Shown here one piece after another: positions 38,501 through 51,003 of a stretch of DNA of 64,000 nucleotides. The notes beneath the pieces were generated by a model. It made no database searches. It was not told the origin of the DNA and saw nothing but the letters and a program-made list of their open reading frames with translations. Within the stretch, counting starts at the first letter, position 1. Every line of letters begins with the position of its first letter. Origin of the DNA: Takakia lepidozioides (taxonomy: Eukaryota > Plantae > Bryophyta); the NCBI GenBank assembly GCA_030704615.1, contig CM060733.1, positions 45,880,001-45,944,000 of the forward strand, written 5' to 3'. A program made the translations under genes and the position numbers.

Positions 38501-41500
38501 GATTTGTCCCTGTCAAATCGGTCCAGGACAGAGAAACTGGCAAAGCTGCAATTTGTGAGGGTTGGAGAAGGGCACACTGTTCAGTACCACTCCTGACTTG
38601 CTTGGCCTCATGTGAAGCTAGCATTTGGCTGGAGGCATCAGGTATTTCTCTGAGGTGATATTTTGGTTGTGAGGTGAAGCTAGGAAGGTGGAGGAAGGTG
38701 AAGCTAAAGACATAGAAATACCTGAAGGTGCTACGTTTGTGAGGTACTAGTTGACAGTGATTTGGAAAGTGTAGGTAAAAGAAAGTGGTAGAACTCACCT
38801 TCAAGGCATCCATGGTGCCCTTCTTGGCCATCTCTGCTGCCACTTTGGCCGCTTCAAGGTCAGTAAGCATTGTGTCTTTCACATCCTCCTCCTCTCGCAG
38901 CCGTCCCAAAGTTTCCTGCACCCATGCGAACAAGTGCGGTAAGGTTGGACATTTTCAATGCACCAGTAGAAGTCTAAGATCTCCAACATCCCAGCACTTC
39001 CCCTCCGGGACGTACCAGGATACCCACAATTTTCTGTTTCTGCTTTCTGCGGATACTAATAAATTTTTCTTCTGTTCTCTTTATCTTGTCAGGGCAATGT
39101 TTTGGGGATTTTTTGACAATTTGGGTTTTCTTCTTAGTCCTGTGGGCCCTCAGGGCCCCCAAGGACATCATAAATATTTCTTTCTTTCATTAAGGTTTCA
39201 AGCACTGCTGGTATGCTCGAGTGTGCAGCCTTTTGAGCGCAATGGACTCTCTATTGCTTCGCTATTGCCACAAAATCCAGAAGGGGTGGAAATCACATCC
39301 AAACAGGATCGCAACAGACTCATTAGAAGGGAACTTATGGAACTACTTGGAAGCAATCTCACAACAAAAACTCCATTTCTATCGAGAAACATTCTTGGTT
39401 CTCCGCGATGATAGAATCTCGCGGCCCACTTACCTTTTGGCGCCTTTATCTCCTTCCCTCCCGAGGGCATTGGGGTGGTTCAGGGTGGGCTCCCACAATC
39501 TACGGATAGAATGTACTCATAAGACATTGTTTGCCGTAGCCTTGTGGCCATTGACCCCGCGCCCAGTTTGAGCGGAACATAAAGGGACAGAAACTACCTT
39601 TGTCAGGGGCTGACGCCGGTAGTATGATTTACCTTGGAATAAACAGTTGATCCGAGATTTCCAGATATCTCTTATATATATTGACAATGACCCCCTGCCG
39701 CCAGCGAAAGGGGGATTTCAGTCCTCCATATAAGGTTAAAGAAGGTTCTGAAATGCCCACAAAGAGGTCCTTCCTACTCACGCTGCCCTTCAATTTCAGT
39801 TTCAGCCAGATACTGTGCTCATACCGCAAATTCCTTGTTGATAATTTCACAATTGTCACACAAGAAATCTTGGACAAAGAAGCCAACACCTTTTTGCCCA
39901 CGCTTGGCAGAGGTCACCTTAAGCACACACATCTTGCCAAACCAACGGTAGCCGTTGACATCTCCAACCAGTTTGTCCGACGTTTCCCATGTCTCTTGCC
40001 CAGCACAGAATACCATTTGACTGAAGAACTTGTCCCGCTTCAAATTGTTTCCTTTGGTTAGTCAACCCCGAGAAGTTGAAAGTGCCCAGCCGCAAGCCAG
40101 CCTTTTGCATATGGATTGTTTGCCGTCTAGGGAGCCTATGATTGCTCCTGGACGACCAACCGCTCTGCAAAGGGGGATCAGTTGCCCCATGTGTAGATTT
40201 TGGGCGTCTAGAGTAAACCTTAAGGATTGGCAAACCATTCAGAGTGCCAAATCCTTCAGGCGAAGATTTAATTCTTCTAGAGTAAACCTTAAGGATTGGC
40301 AAACCATTCAGCATGCCAAATCCTTCAGGCGAAGACTTAATTCTTCTAGAGTAAACCTTAAGGATTGGCAATCCATTCAGAGTGCCAAATCCTTCAGGTT
40401 CCTGACGCTCAGCCTCAGCACACATAGGGCCAACTAACCTGTCTGGCTGCTTGGTATCAATCTCTTCCAGGGCTTCAAACAGGTTAGAAACTTTCAAGTT
40501 GAAGTCCCCACACTTGACTGTCTTCCTAGAGCGCCTCATTGAATCACCAATGTCTAAGACCGCCCTCGAACCAGTCAAGGGGCGAATTTCTTTGAAGCTG
40601 ATTTGATATGAGATTCTATTTGTAGCAGATTTAGGGAATGAAACCTTCAAAGTACCTCTGTTCTCCAATCTTGAGATGGTGCCATTAGCCACATAATCCA
40701 AGCCTAAGCTGGAGCAGGTAGTTTTAAAGGACACATCGTCCATCCTGGGATTCACCCCAAAAACTACACATGAAGCTCTAGATTTGGCATAAGTAACCAT
40801 TTCCCAGGAATCACCCTGAGTAGTGTTATTATCGGAGTGGCCAAATATTTTTTCTGTATTCGCAAGCTGTAAGCCCTAGCCCAAGTGCCGAGCATGCTAG
40901 ACAGAGCATGCAACTGCCCATTTTGGGCGGACGGGCTGCCCCCAAGCGGTAGGGGTCCGCTTGTTACCATTCAGAGATCATCACTCCAAAGGAGCTCCAG
41001 GGAATGGCCCGCGTAGACATGTTCTAAAGAGGGAGAGGCCCCAGACTCTCCAACTAAATCCAATGTACTACCTTACCCAAAGCAGAGTGCTTCAGGTCAA
41101 AACAAGCCAAGACACGTCGCAAGGCCGGTATTTAGTCACAGAGACATTTATCTACTCCCATTTCAAGTCCACCCAATGTCGATAGGCTTCCTAGAGGGCA
41201 GGGAGAGATTGTACTCATAAGACGTTGTTTGCCGTAGCCTTGTGGCCATTGACCCCGCGCCCAGTTTGAGCGGGAACAAAAGGGACAGAACCTACCTCTG
41301 TCAGGGGCTGACGTTGGTAGTAAGACTTACCTTCATATATAGAATTAATCCGGGTTTTCCAGATATCCTCTAGAAATCCCTTCACACAAGCATCAATCTG
41401 CTGTGTGTGATTTGCCCAAAAACTAGGCCTCAGGATGGCCTGGGCTTTTGGCTAAGCCTCGAGACTTTCAAAGTTGGTAAACAGGGGTACAGGCACAATT

Positions 41501-43602
41501 CCCTTGATAGATTTGAAGAGAGCGTCTCTTTGGTGAGAGAACCCCGGACAGTGTATCAGAAAATGAATACTGTCTTCAGATTGCCCATACAACGGGCAAT
41601 TGCACTCTCCCTTTCCTCTCTGCAGGGCAGGGAGAGAGACTGACAGATGGGAAAACCTGCAACGGGAGGACTACCTATGCCTAGCTTGCACCGGGCGCAA
41701 CCAGGAAATTGAAACTGAAGAACACTTCTTCTTTCAGTGCCCTCTATATAATGAGATCCGTGGGAGATTCCAAGGTCTATTCCGTGGAACTCAATCTCTC
41801 ACTGAAGTCTTCTACTATGAGGATCAGAAATGCTTGGAGCTTACCTGCATGAGGCCTTGACCCTTAGACAATCCCTTGAGCAGTAGTTGCTTTTGGGCTG
41901 TTTTTCGGCTCTGGTTTTGTTTCCTCTCTCTTGTTTTTTTCCATTCCGTCCCATAAGCTCCTTGAGCTTTCTGTACCATTTCATTTAATTTCATTCACTT
42001 CATTTCTTTCTCTCTAGTTCCACTGTATCCAGAGCATGCGCAAGTCCTCTTTATTGTCGCTGTCAAGAGGCTTTCAGCACAAACTTCTGATACAGTTAAT
42101 GCACTCCAGTTGACAGGACCAGAGTAGTTTATCAACAGAAGAAAACTATAAATCTGAACTGAGGTGAACAGTTTATGCTACAGTTGTAGTGTCTAGTTTG
42201 CTCTTAAATTGTACCTGCATTTCATTAGCAACCGCATCCATACGCTGCAACACCTCCATCTGAGACACATCAACCCAGCAATCATGCTCAGAAAGAAATA
42301 CTCGCTAGTACTGACAAATAATGCCATGCAAAAGAGCACAAATTGAAGCAAATGGGCTTGGGATAATTATTCCTCCCCTGTTCTCAATCAGTCCATAAAT
42401 CCCAGGGATGACAGAATGTTAGTCTTGCTGGAGGTGAAGTAGTGCAGAGAACTCACATGAGCCCCTTGGGAAACTTCAAGCTTGTCTTGCAGACCATTCA
42501 TCCTCTCTTTGAGCTCCACCATCTAGCACCACAAGGATGACCATTCCCATTCTCAGAATCATGTTGATGGATTGGTTATAAGAGCTTGCCTTGGTACAAA
42601 GGAAGTCAATAGCCTCTTTGGGCTTCGTGTGCATGTTGTTAGATCTCTTCTTTCTATCACCCTCCTTCCAAGGGATGTAACCTTTTCCACAGTACCATTA
42701 TTTTGAGATTACAAAGTGAGACCTCTCAATGACTTCATACCACTGAACCAATTGCTGTTTCGGTAATGCTCATCTTCTTCCTCTCACAGTGAAGGCCTCA
42801 AGAACTACTTGCTCAACACACATGGCTCCGACTCTATGTGAATTATCTGCCTATCTCATTAATCTTGTTCTTGCATATATCTCCAGCAGTATATATCCTG
42901 CTTTTGTTACTGTTCCCTAACCTGGCCACACTGTAAAACAAGCAATGAAATAACAGCACTTAGGGATGAAGTGGCGGAAGTACATGGTTATTTAGTAAAT
43001 GCAGGTGGCGTAAAGCTCGGCCCAGTCGGCTCACAGCTTTCTTCACTGACACCTTCCTCCGTGCCTCATTATTCTGTCACAAGCTTCCCTCACACTAAAG
43101 TTTGAACAGGAGAAAGGCACTGTCACCACTTTATAGTACAGGAGTATGCCAAGATGTCATTTTCTAAAGGACTTTTCTGGTCCCCATGGTTGCCTCATTG
43201 GGCAACCTGGTCATGGAATATAAGAATGTGGGAGTGTGGGGAAGGATATGAACCGGACAAATCGGGCAGAAGGTAAGAGGAGAGAGATCCATACTCAATC
43301 TGTACTTGCAAGTTCTTAAATGAGGGTTTGGTGGAAAGGGATTGTGAGGAAAGGGAAAAAAAGGAAATTTAACCTCCAATGATCTACAGCAGAACTCTTG
43401 AGATGCATAAAAATATATAACAGGGAACAGGGTTGCAGTATAGCTGCCATTCATCACTTTTAGTAGAGGAAAGTCTGACCTGACCAAAAGGATGACTGAT
43501 ATTCGAGTCTGCTTCTTGCAGAACTTTTAACGCTTCCTTCAGATTGAAGGATACCTCCTCTGCCACCTGTTTATCCCATTTTGACGCGCTCTCATTGAAA
43601 AT
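32544..43602 (-). CDS. Multi-exon long coiled-coil protein, family not recognised; 5' end unresolved
   Basis: A chain of short, splice-site-bounded, E/K/R/L-rich exons, e.g. ~43602-43482 (VAEEVSFNLKEALKVLQE), ~42522-42457 (MVELKERMNGLQDKLE), ~38916-38800 (ETLGRLREEEDVKD), ~37365-37232 (SEKEKLKQELEKFKK), ~35548-35470, ~35268-35111 (ESELERLQREEG), ~34540-34413 (LEEERKVLQEKCE), ~33460-33333 (KKEKEVERLLAAL) and final ~32610-32544 (MEAEAERNKLRSQLSGKVTNS*). Confidence 0.75.
37585..38180 (-). mobile_element. 3' fragment of an RTE/RTEX-like LINE (family C) in an intron
   Basis: LGRFRVGSHYLWIETGRW...RLCPAC C-terminal signature. Homologous to the plus-strand copy at 39380-39510 joined to 41640-42010; tail with (tgaaa)n repeats. 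Confidence 0.75.
39512..41208 (-). mobile_element. Internally deleted LINE (family A): 5' region, N-terminal ORF and start of APE endonuclease joined to the family 3' end
   Basis: ORF 40800-39919 runs into LRLGTFNFSGL...(frameshift) QETW...GYRWFG...GVGFFV (APE motifs). The 3' ~115 bp is shared with 41210, 47085, 44750-44790 and 50359. Confidence 0.75.
40207..40398 (-). repeat. 69-bp coding tandem repeat, ~2.8 copies (PEGFGTLNGLPILKVYSRRIKSS)
   Basis: Visible in both the DNA and the ORF 39919-40800 translation. Confidence 0.92.
41210..41623 (-). mobile_element. 5'-truncated family-A LINE copy with a 14-bp TSD
   Basis: Same 3' end as 39512; encodes CPLYGQSEDSIHFLIHC (zinc-finger-like). Flanked by agggcagggagaga at 41195-41208 and 41624-41637. 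Confidence 0.8.
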
Positions 43603-45115
43603 CTAGATCCGTCTTCTGGTATCCATAAGGACATCTGTGCAAAGCACTTATTCCCTCGTGCATCCTCATTTGCATTTAACGTGACAAACATTTCCCCTTG
43701 GCCTTCTTTGAGTACAAACTTGTCGTTATCCTAAAGTGGCCTTCTCTAGTCATTTGTCAGCTGAATTGTGATAAATACTGGTCTCCTTTTCTCAAAATAC
43801 GGTACTTTATCTGTTCCTCGTCATCTTCTCGTCTTTATTAGCAAATGAAAGAACGAAGAGAGACAATGACGCAGCTTCTTCATGAAAAAACAGCTGCTCC
43901 TGCCAAAGCATCTATTGAAAAAGTCCTTTGCTTTCAGCATTATGACATAAAATGGAGAGGCCGAAGAGGTATGATCACAGCAAGGCAATCTGAGTATATA
44001 CTAGTGCTCTCCATACTTGTAATTTTGCAAATGCAACAACATAGGTAGCCCAGCTACTTCTCACTTGAACTCCTCAGGGTAAATTACGTCAACAAAGATC
44101 TACGAAATCACCGAGGATTTCATCAGTGTTTCCTCAGTTTAGCGTTGGCGATTAGTGCGTCAGTCCCCCATTGCGTCCGAGCTCGTTACATATTCATATC
44201 ACCTTACTACTACTAAAACGGTCTCATTCAGTGCTGTCTATTAATTGAATGGTGGCCGGTTCTAGATTGAAACTTCGTAGTTTGAAAATGAGATGAAGTG
44301 TTTAATGTTTGGATGCTTAATCTCTTTCTGGAATATTTCTACTGTTTGGTATCAGAGTTTTACGTTGAACTGTACAAACTTGTGAGTTGTTTTGGACAAT
44401 AGCAACAGAAAACCTAAATGTGTCACTGATTCGAGAGTTATTCGAGAACATCACTTTGTTGGTTCACGTAAAACCACACCTCCTCATAGTTCTGAGCAAG
44501 ATCTGCGAGACGGCTAGATATGCATTATTATGGGTAATTAGACAAAGAAGATTTCGAAAGCCGATTTTCAGATAAGAATGTTGCAGTACGAGCATTTTAT
44601 GTTTCATGGTTAAAGAGACAGGCAGAAAGGAGGAGCAAGGGCCGAACATCGTGCAAGTGGTTCCATGTCTTATCAACGGATGCAAACGTGTCTGTATCGA
44701 GCTTCCTGCAGATTGGAGCTGCCATTGGCTGTAGAGGCTGCACACCTCTGGCCACAAGGCTACAGCAAACAAAGTCTTATGAGTACATTCTCAACCCTAG
44801 CTACAAACAGGACCACATGACTCGATGTATGTCTTTTTTCAAGGAGGTACGGCAGCTAGAAAGAGGTGAAACTCAGGGAAAGGAAAGACACAGTGTAAGG
44901 GTTAAAAGAACTCGAAAGTCGGCCGGCCCGCATAACCTAGGATCTACAGTGGGAGAAAGATGAATGAAAACGGAATATCGAGGGAGGTAGGCAGAGAAGC
45001 AGAGGTCGCCGAAAGAGCGGGAGACAAATTAAAATGGAAAAACACAGCAGAGAACCCAAAGACTGGTGGAACTTTGAAGAGCACAGCAAGAACCCAGTGG
45101 AGAAAGAGACATGTC

Positions 45116-45300
45116 TAGGGTTAGGGTTTTAAAAAAAAAAGGGTTTAGAGTTTAGAGTGCCGGAAAATGGAAAACAAAAGAAATAATATAAGACCTCATC
45201 GTCGTTTTCTCTTGCCCAATCTGCCCGAATTTCCTTCGCAAAACAAAAATAAAAAAATAGCATAACTGTACATTGTCGTGTATTACGGTTAGGGTTTAGA
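45116..45300. promoter_or_regulatory. Telo-box cluster (interstitial TTTAGGG-like motifs) upstream of RRP40, in a probable bidirectional promoter
   Basis: tagggttagggtttt...gggtttagagtttagag (45116-45157) and ggttagggtttag (~45287-45299). Telo-boxes are established promoter elements of plant ribosome-biogenesis genes. Confidence 0.6.
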
Positions 45301-45387
45301 GCTCAAGGACACTACTCCTGTCTCCCTCTATGCTCGAACATCCCAACGTTCGTCGATGAGTAGGCGTGGCTTATGAAGGAATAGGCG

Positions 45388-48300
45388 ATGGAGGTCGAGG
45401 AGAAGGCTCCTGCAGCGGCGGGAGGGTCGGCTTCTCCCTATGTATCACAGATCATGGTTGGCTCTTGCTCATATCTCCATCTCTTGTTAGTCCTTCAAGT
45501 GGATTTTTTCTTCCTCGATTTAACGGAACTCATGGGTGCAGAATCGTCTGAGATTTTTGGTTTCTCTTGCGATGATTGGATGAAAATACTAGGATTTTGT
45601 GCTCTTGCAGGAGCTGCAAATGTCACTATCTGTTTGCAAAGAACCTCCTTACTAGATAGCAGTGTCTCTCGTTCCACATTCTTTCATCCCCACCATGCAA
45701 GACGTACGAATGGTTGAATGCTTAACGAACTGACAGTTTCGTAACCACTGCAACAGCTTATGAGAGTAAGTAATTTGAAACACGGTACTTCCAAATGCTT
45801 ATGATGGAATGCATTGTCGCTCGATTCCGATGGTCACTGCCATAGAAAAGCTGTCATGCTTGTGGTTGATCAAAATGGTCGTCTCACCAAAACGTTTGTC
45901 TCAACAGGCCCCAGGTGATATCGTGCTTGATCTAACAAAATCCGGTAAGGTTCTGCGCTTGGGCGGAGGTCTTCGCCAGGTACTCTTCCACTCCCTAAGC
46001 TTTCTTGTTAGGGGCTGTTTGCACCTCATGATCTCTACAACAGTTCAGACGCTTTTAGTGTGTTCTTGAACAATTCAAAGCACCTAGGTCTTTGCCATTT
46101 TCGATTATTTTGTGAACATTGCTTACAGTTAGATTCCACTGTAAGGGCTTGGACTGGTACCCACATATTGGTTATGATGAGACAGAGGAAAGACTCTGGC
46201 CAAAGCCAGTGTAAATAAGAGTGGCATCCCTTACTGGTACGTCTTGGTTATGATGACCTCTGGTTGTGTCAGGATGGTGACAGCATTATGGTGACAAAGG
46301 CTGGCAGACTGCAGTACATGAAGCCCAACAAGTACTGGGTTGAAGGATCGCAGAAACGGGTGTGTTTCACTTTATTGTATGTAGTTCTTAAGGGCAATAT
46401 TTGAGGACTGTTCTTGCTAGTGGCATTCTCTAAGGGGCAACAAAGAGGAAGGGATTAAGTAGACACAAATTGTATGTAGTACATGGCGTGCTCAGGCCAG
46501 ACAACACCTTACAATGTGGCCTGCCAAGTCAATCATTGCTGTCTATTTGGAAATTTATTTTCCTTTATCCTTTCATGACTGGCCTACTCAATTCGACCTG
46601 GCCCAGATGGCGACAAAAGGAGCACACACTTTAAGGTTCACAGGGGCAAACACAGTGTACTTAATCCTGGCATGTTTCAACTGGAGGTCAGGTTTGCTTA
46701 GGCAAATGTTATATTGCTCTCCTCCTGTGCCAAGCCATGCTTGACACCAGGGATTGTGGGATGGTGGTGGGTGTATGACAGTACATACCTAGTGTGGAGG
46801 ATGTGGTGATAGGTATCGTGGTGGACCGTCGATTTGAGGTTAGTCTCTTGTTTCTCTCCTTCTCTATTGGATCCAGGCTTTGCAGGGTGCGACTGTTACA
46901 ATGTCACTGTGCTTGCCAAATGGAGATCAAAGAGACTCTGGTTGGAGTCTACTACTTAAAAGGCGAATAAATGTGTTGTTGAGTCATGTTCTCACTCTGG
47001 AGAACTTTATAGTGTTCAAAGAAAGCCCAAAGAGATTATGGGAGAAACAAAGGAGATTATTTACATCCTGAGAGGCCCATAAAATGTACTCATAAGGCAT
47101 TGTTTGCGTAGCCTTGTGGCCATAGACCCCATGCCCAGTTAGAACAGAACAAACGGAAACAGACACTACCTTTGTGAGGGGCTCACTCCAGTAGTGGGAC
47201 TTATGATATATGAACAGTTTTTTCAATTCCCTCAAGAGAGCACTTCACACCAGCATCGATCTGCTGTGTGTGGTCTGCCCAGAAGTAATACCACAACAGT
47301 GCCAGGACTTAGCCTGTTTAACAGGATGGTCTTGCTTCCAATAAATAGTGTTGATTATCTTAGGATCTGATATTAGGCATTTGATACAACTCACCCCACC
47401 ATCTGACTTTTATGATGTCACGTTGGCAGCGCAAGCCAAACTCACCCATGAACAGCCACATTAGCTGTTCAAGTGCTGCTGACATGCTCTTTTTGAGCAC
47501 CAAAAGCTGAATAGATTCTAAAGTTTTAGCATGGCATACAGTCGAATGTATGCCTAAGAACGTTGCAAAGCATGGTCCTTTTAACTTCAGATTTAAGCCT
47601 GCAGTGGAAATTGAGTGAGACCCAAAGCTTTGCGTTTAGCTGTTTGAACCACTTTTTGTATATGTGTATCTCAATTACTACTAGAGGAGAACCCAACACC
47701 CAAGCTGTGTAGGAAGGGAGCACAGTTATTTCTTCACTGCCCCATGTCCATCTGAGGTCCCTCCTTCCTCCCTACAATCTTTGAAAGCCACCAGCGTGCA
47801 TCTACTAACATTGGCTTCTAGCCTCTGTAGGTCAAAATGCCTCTTCGCACAATCAATCATCTCCTGAAGATCAGATGGAGTATCCCCTAGGCCTGCGAAG
47901 TAATCCGCAAACATAAAGCTGGCATGGTGGCATCACCCACCTTCAACTCAAATCCCTCGCTTTCCATATCTTCAAGGAACTGATTCTTGAACACATCGAA
48001 GAGCAGTGGGGAGAGGGTACAACCTTGATGCTACACCAAAAAATTAGACTTCTGTCCATTAACCATAACTAAACTTCTGGTGTTCATGTAAGTTGTGAAC
48101 CATCCTCCATCTTTCCACTGACCCCAGAGGACCACAGTTGAAGCCACAGCCTGTTGCACCATGTCATAAGCCTTTTTTACATACAGGAAGAAGACATGGT
48201 GGGTTTTCTTTCTTTTTCCCTTCCCTGGATAGTCTGGCTTAGGGTAAAGATATGGTCAACACTGCGATCTGGTCAACACTGCGATCTGGTCAACACTGCG

Positions 48301-51003
48301 ATCTGGTCCAAATACCACTCTCTTCTGAACATCCCAAGTAGTAGTCGTTGAATACTACTCTCAAAGAGTGATAGTTATTGAACTGTGTGACACTTTGGGT
48401 ATGTCCCCATAGAAGCAATGGATATGAATGGGACACTAAACTATGTGGCAATGGTATGGCGTGTGTTTACAGACATTCTCGGTAGACATAGGAGGCCCCA
48501 CACATGCAGCACTCCCCATATTGGCTTTCGAGGGTGCCACCCGCCGGAACATCCCTAATCTGCAGGCAGGTGAGCTGTCTTGTTTCATGCCTACTTGCAA
48601 TGTTAAGCTTTGCTCAAAATAGCTAGACCAGTGTCTTTGGCCTTAGATTGTTTCAAAGGATATAGCGAGACCTTGTGGGGAAGCTCAGAAGAACATCCAT
48701 TTTGTGCAAGAGTGGGTTCTGTTTGTGTGTGCAAGCCAGAGCTGAGTGCCCTAAAGAATTACCAATCTACTTTCCATGTTGAACTCATCACATCAGGATT
48801 TCCTGGACCCAAGTCCATCAACTTACGCACATCTAAAGTGGTTGTGATTGAATGTTGTGCCTATATGGTGATTGCTGTGGGACATTCCTGGTCCCAACTT
48901 CTTTGCAGCTGAAAGTTACTTTTTTATCCTTATACGAAGTGTCTCTGGCAAAGTTCAATGAATATTACTGTCATACTATCTAGGAGCTGAATTTCTGACA
49001 TCTGTTGTGGACACTGATGGTGGATACAGATTGGGTCAGCGCTGTATGCGCGGGTTGTAAATGCCCATCGTGACAGTGATCCAGAGCTCTCCTGTACTGA
49101 TGGTGTGTCCAGCACCCTGGCTAGACGAGTAGTTGTTGGTGTTTCTGCACTAAGAGGAGATCATGCATTCATGTGAAAACAGTTTACTACTTGATGCAGA
49201 ATGTCATGCTAGGTGTGTTGACCATCGAATTTTGTGTTTGAGTTGGTGATCGTCACAATTTGTTTCACTGTAATGCCCCAACTGATTTCAGACATATTTG
49301 CAGCACCGTTTACATCTCCAACCATCATTGCAGGGGCAGAACATCGTGCAATATTTGACATGTCTCAAATAAACCTGTAGAGTCCTTAAGGATCTCTGGA
49401 AGCTCAGGACTGCCGTTGAGCTTCAAAATAATGGTAGAAGGGAGTATGGTAGTAAGTCAGACCTGGAAGTGACCATCTGCAGTGATCATGGTTTGAAGTT
49501 GGTGAGTCCAATAATGAGATACTGCCCAGGACGGTTCACTGCGGCTCACTGAATACCTTGCCCTAGTTTTTCGAGAGGGTAGTCCTCCTTTTTGTATTGT
49601 TGGAATCTTTATCTCTCCCCTACATTTCACATGCATTAAGTAAAAGTATGTCTTTTGCAGCGGCCAACAAAGCTGCAGGGTTTGGTCCACTGAAGGGAGG
49701 CTACATCTTTGAGTGCAGCACGGGACTTTCTCGAGGGTGAGCTCTCTATATTCTTTCCTGGTATCTTCTCGTTAAAGATGGAGGGTTTCTTTCCTAGGCC
49801 TTGCTTTAAGCACTAGTTCAGGTGCAGGGAGAACAGGTTTTGCAGAGTCACGACGACCACACAAGAAGGCAGATATGTTTGGTGAAAATAATGAGTCTAA
49901 GTGCTAACTAACTGCTATTCAAATTTCCAGTCCTGTAGCTTTTCTCACCCACGAATATGTATTCAGTAGAGTAGTCATAGCTTCAAGGCATAGACATTTT
50001 GGAGCACAGAGGAGGAGAAATTCTTAACAAGTTGGGATGGCTGTAGGGTCCATCAAGAGGGATAAAGAGAGAGGGTATGACTAAGAAGACTCTCCCAGCA
50101 TGTCAGCGTGATGAGGAAGGGTCCTGTTCATGAGACAGAAATGTGGTGTGGAACATGGGCGCAGATTACTGAGCCAGCCAACTTGCCCGGTCCTGGAAGC
50201 TTTAGGCAAGAATCTTTCATATGAAATTGCTGTTGGCATGAACGGCCGAGTTTGGGTAACACACAGAACTCTATTCATTCATGAATATCCAGTTGGTAAC
50301 ATGTGCTTGTACACCTTGGTATGTCTATGCCACAATCATCTAGTGTGTGATCAAAGAATGTACTCGTGCCATTCCCCACGAATGTTGGCTTGCCATAGCC
50401 GTATGGCCGCTGACCCCATGGGAAACTAACCCTCCTGGAGCCTTTTTTGAGGTTCGCACCCACCAGGGTTTAGCTTATCCTTAACTTGTTTTCCCGCACA
50501 CATTAAGAGCCTCGCAGAGGCCCTTTTCCACATGCAAACTCAACAGCCCAGTTGCATGGTTGTTGGTATTAGGCCCTGCGTTTACACAGAAATGACATGC
50601 CTGGGGAGGTTGAGGCTTTTGCAGAGTTTGATTAAAGAGTGAGATTTTGTCCACTAGTTTTATCATCTATCTATTTGCTTAACCTGCATCACCTGCCACC
50701 ACCATCCTTGTTTCACATGCAATTGTGCTACTGAGACCAGCAAGTAATGGTCCAAAAGTTCTTGCAAAAAGAGTCCATCTGAGACCATAGTTATGCCCAA
50801 CATGGAATGTGTATCTAGGTCATTAGGAATTAGAAAGATTGTGCTGACTGGTACTACCTCCTATTTGTTCGTTGATCACGCAGGTCAATTCCGCATCGCC
50901 TGCCACCACCATCCTGGTTTCAAATGCTATTCTGAATGCCGAGTTTCTGACAACCACACAGCAGCAAATAATGGTCCAAAAGCTCTTGCAAAGAACACAA
51001 TAG
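45388..51003 (+). CDS. RRP40: Exosome complex component RRP40 (EXOSC3)
   Basis: Nine exons: 45388-45456, 45908-45979 (PGDIVL...LGGGLRQ), ~46273-46358 (TKAGRL...YWVEGSQKR), ~46783-46838 (YIPSVEDVVIG), ~48473-48565 (LAFEGATRRNIP), 49030-49102 (PELSC), 49661-49736 (GFGPLKGG), 50165-50255 (EIAVGMNGRVW), 50884-51003. Confidence 0.95.
47085..48330 (-). mobile_element. Family-A LINE fragment with reverse transcriptase remnants in an RRP40 intron
   Basis: QGCTLSPLLFDVF (~48030-47990) and MFADY (FADD-like, ~47914). Shares the family 3' end at 47085. A 17-bp unit (ggtcaacactgcgatct) is repeated three times at ~48254-48308. Confidence 0.8.

Larger units (their letters stand above)
39230..42010 (+). mobile_element. 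LINE 3' fragment (family C) split by nested insertions at 39512-41637
   Basis: ...FRVGSHNLRIE stops at 39511 and resumes as TDRWENLQRED...CLAC...EEHFFFQC at ~41639, colinear with the uninterrupted copy at 37979-38170. Confidence 0.8.

Noticed and set aside
39512-39530. cttatgag in the LINE 3' end resembling a hammerhead ribozyme core (CUGAUGA)
   Set aside because: The core is mismatched and I cannot find stem II plus GAAA in the right place.
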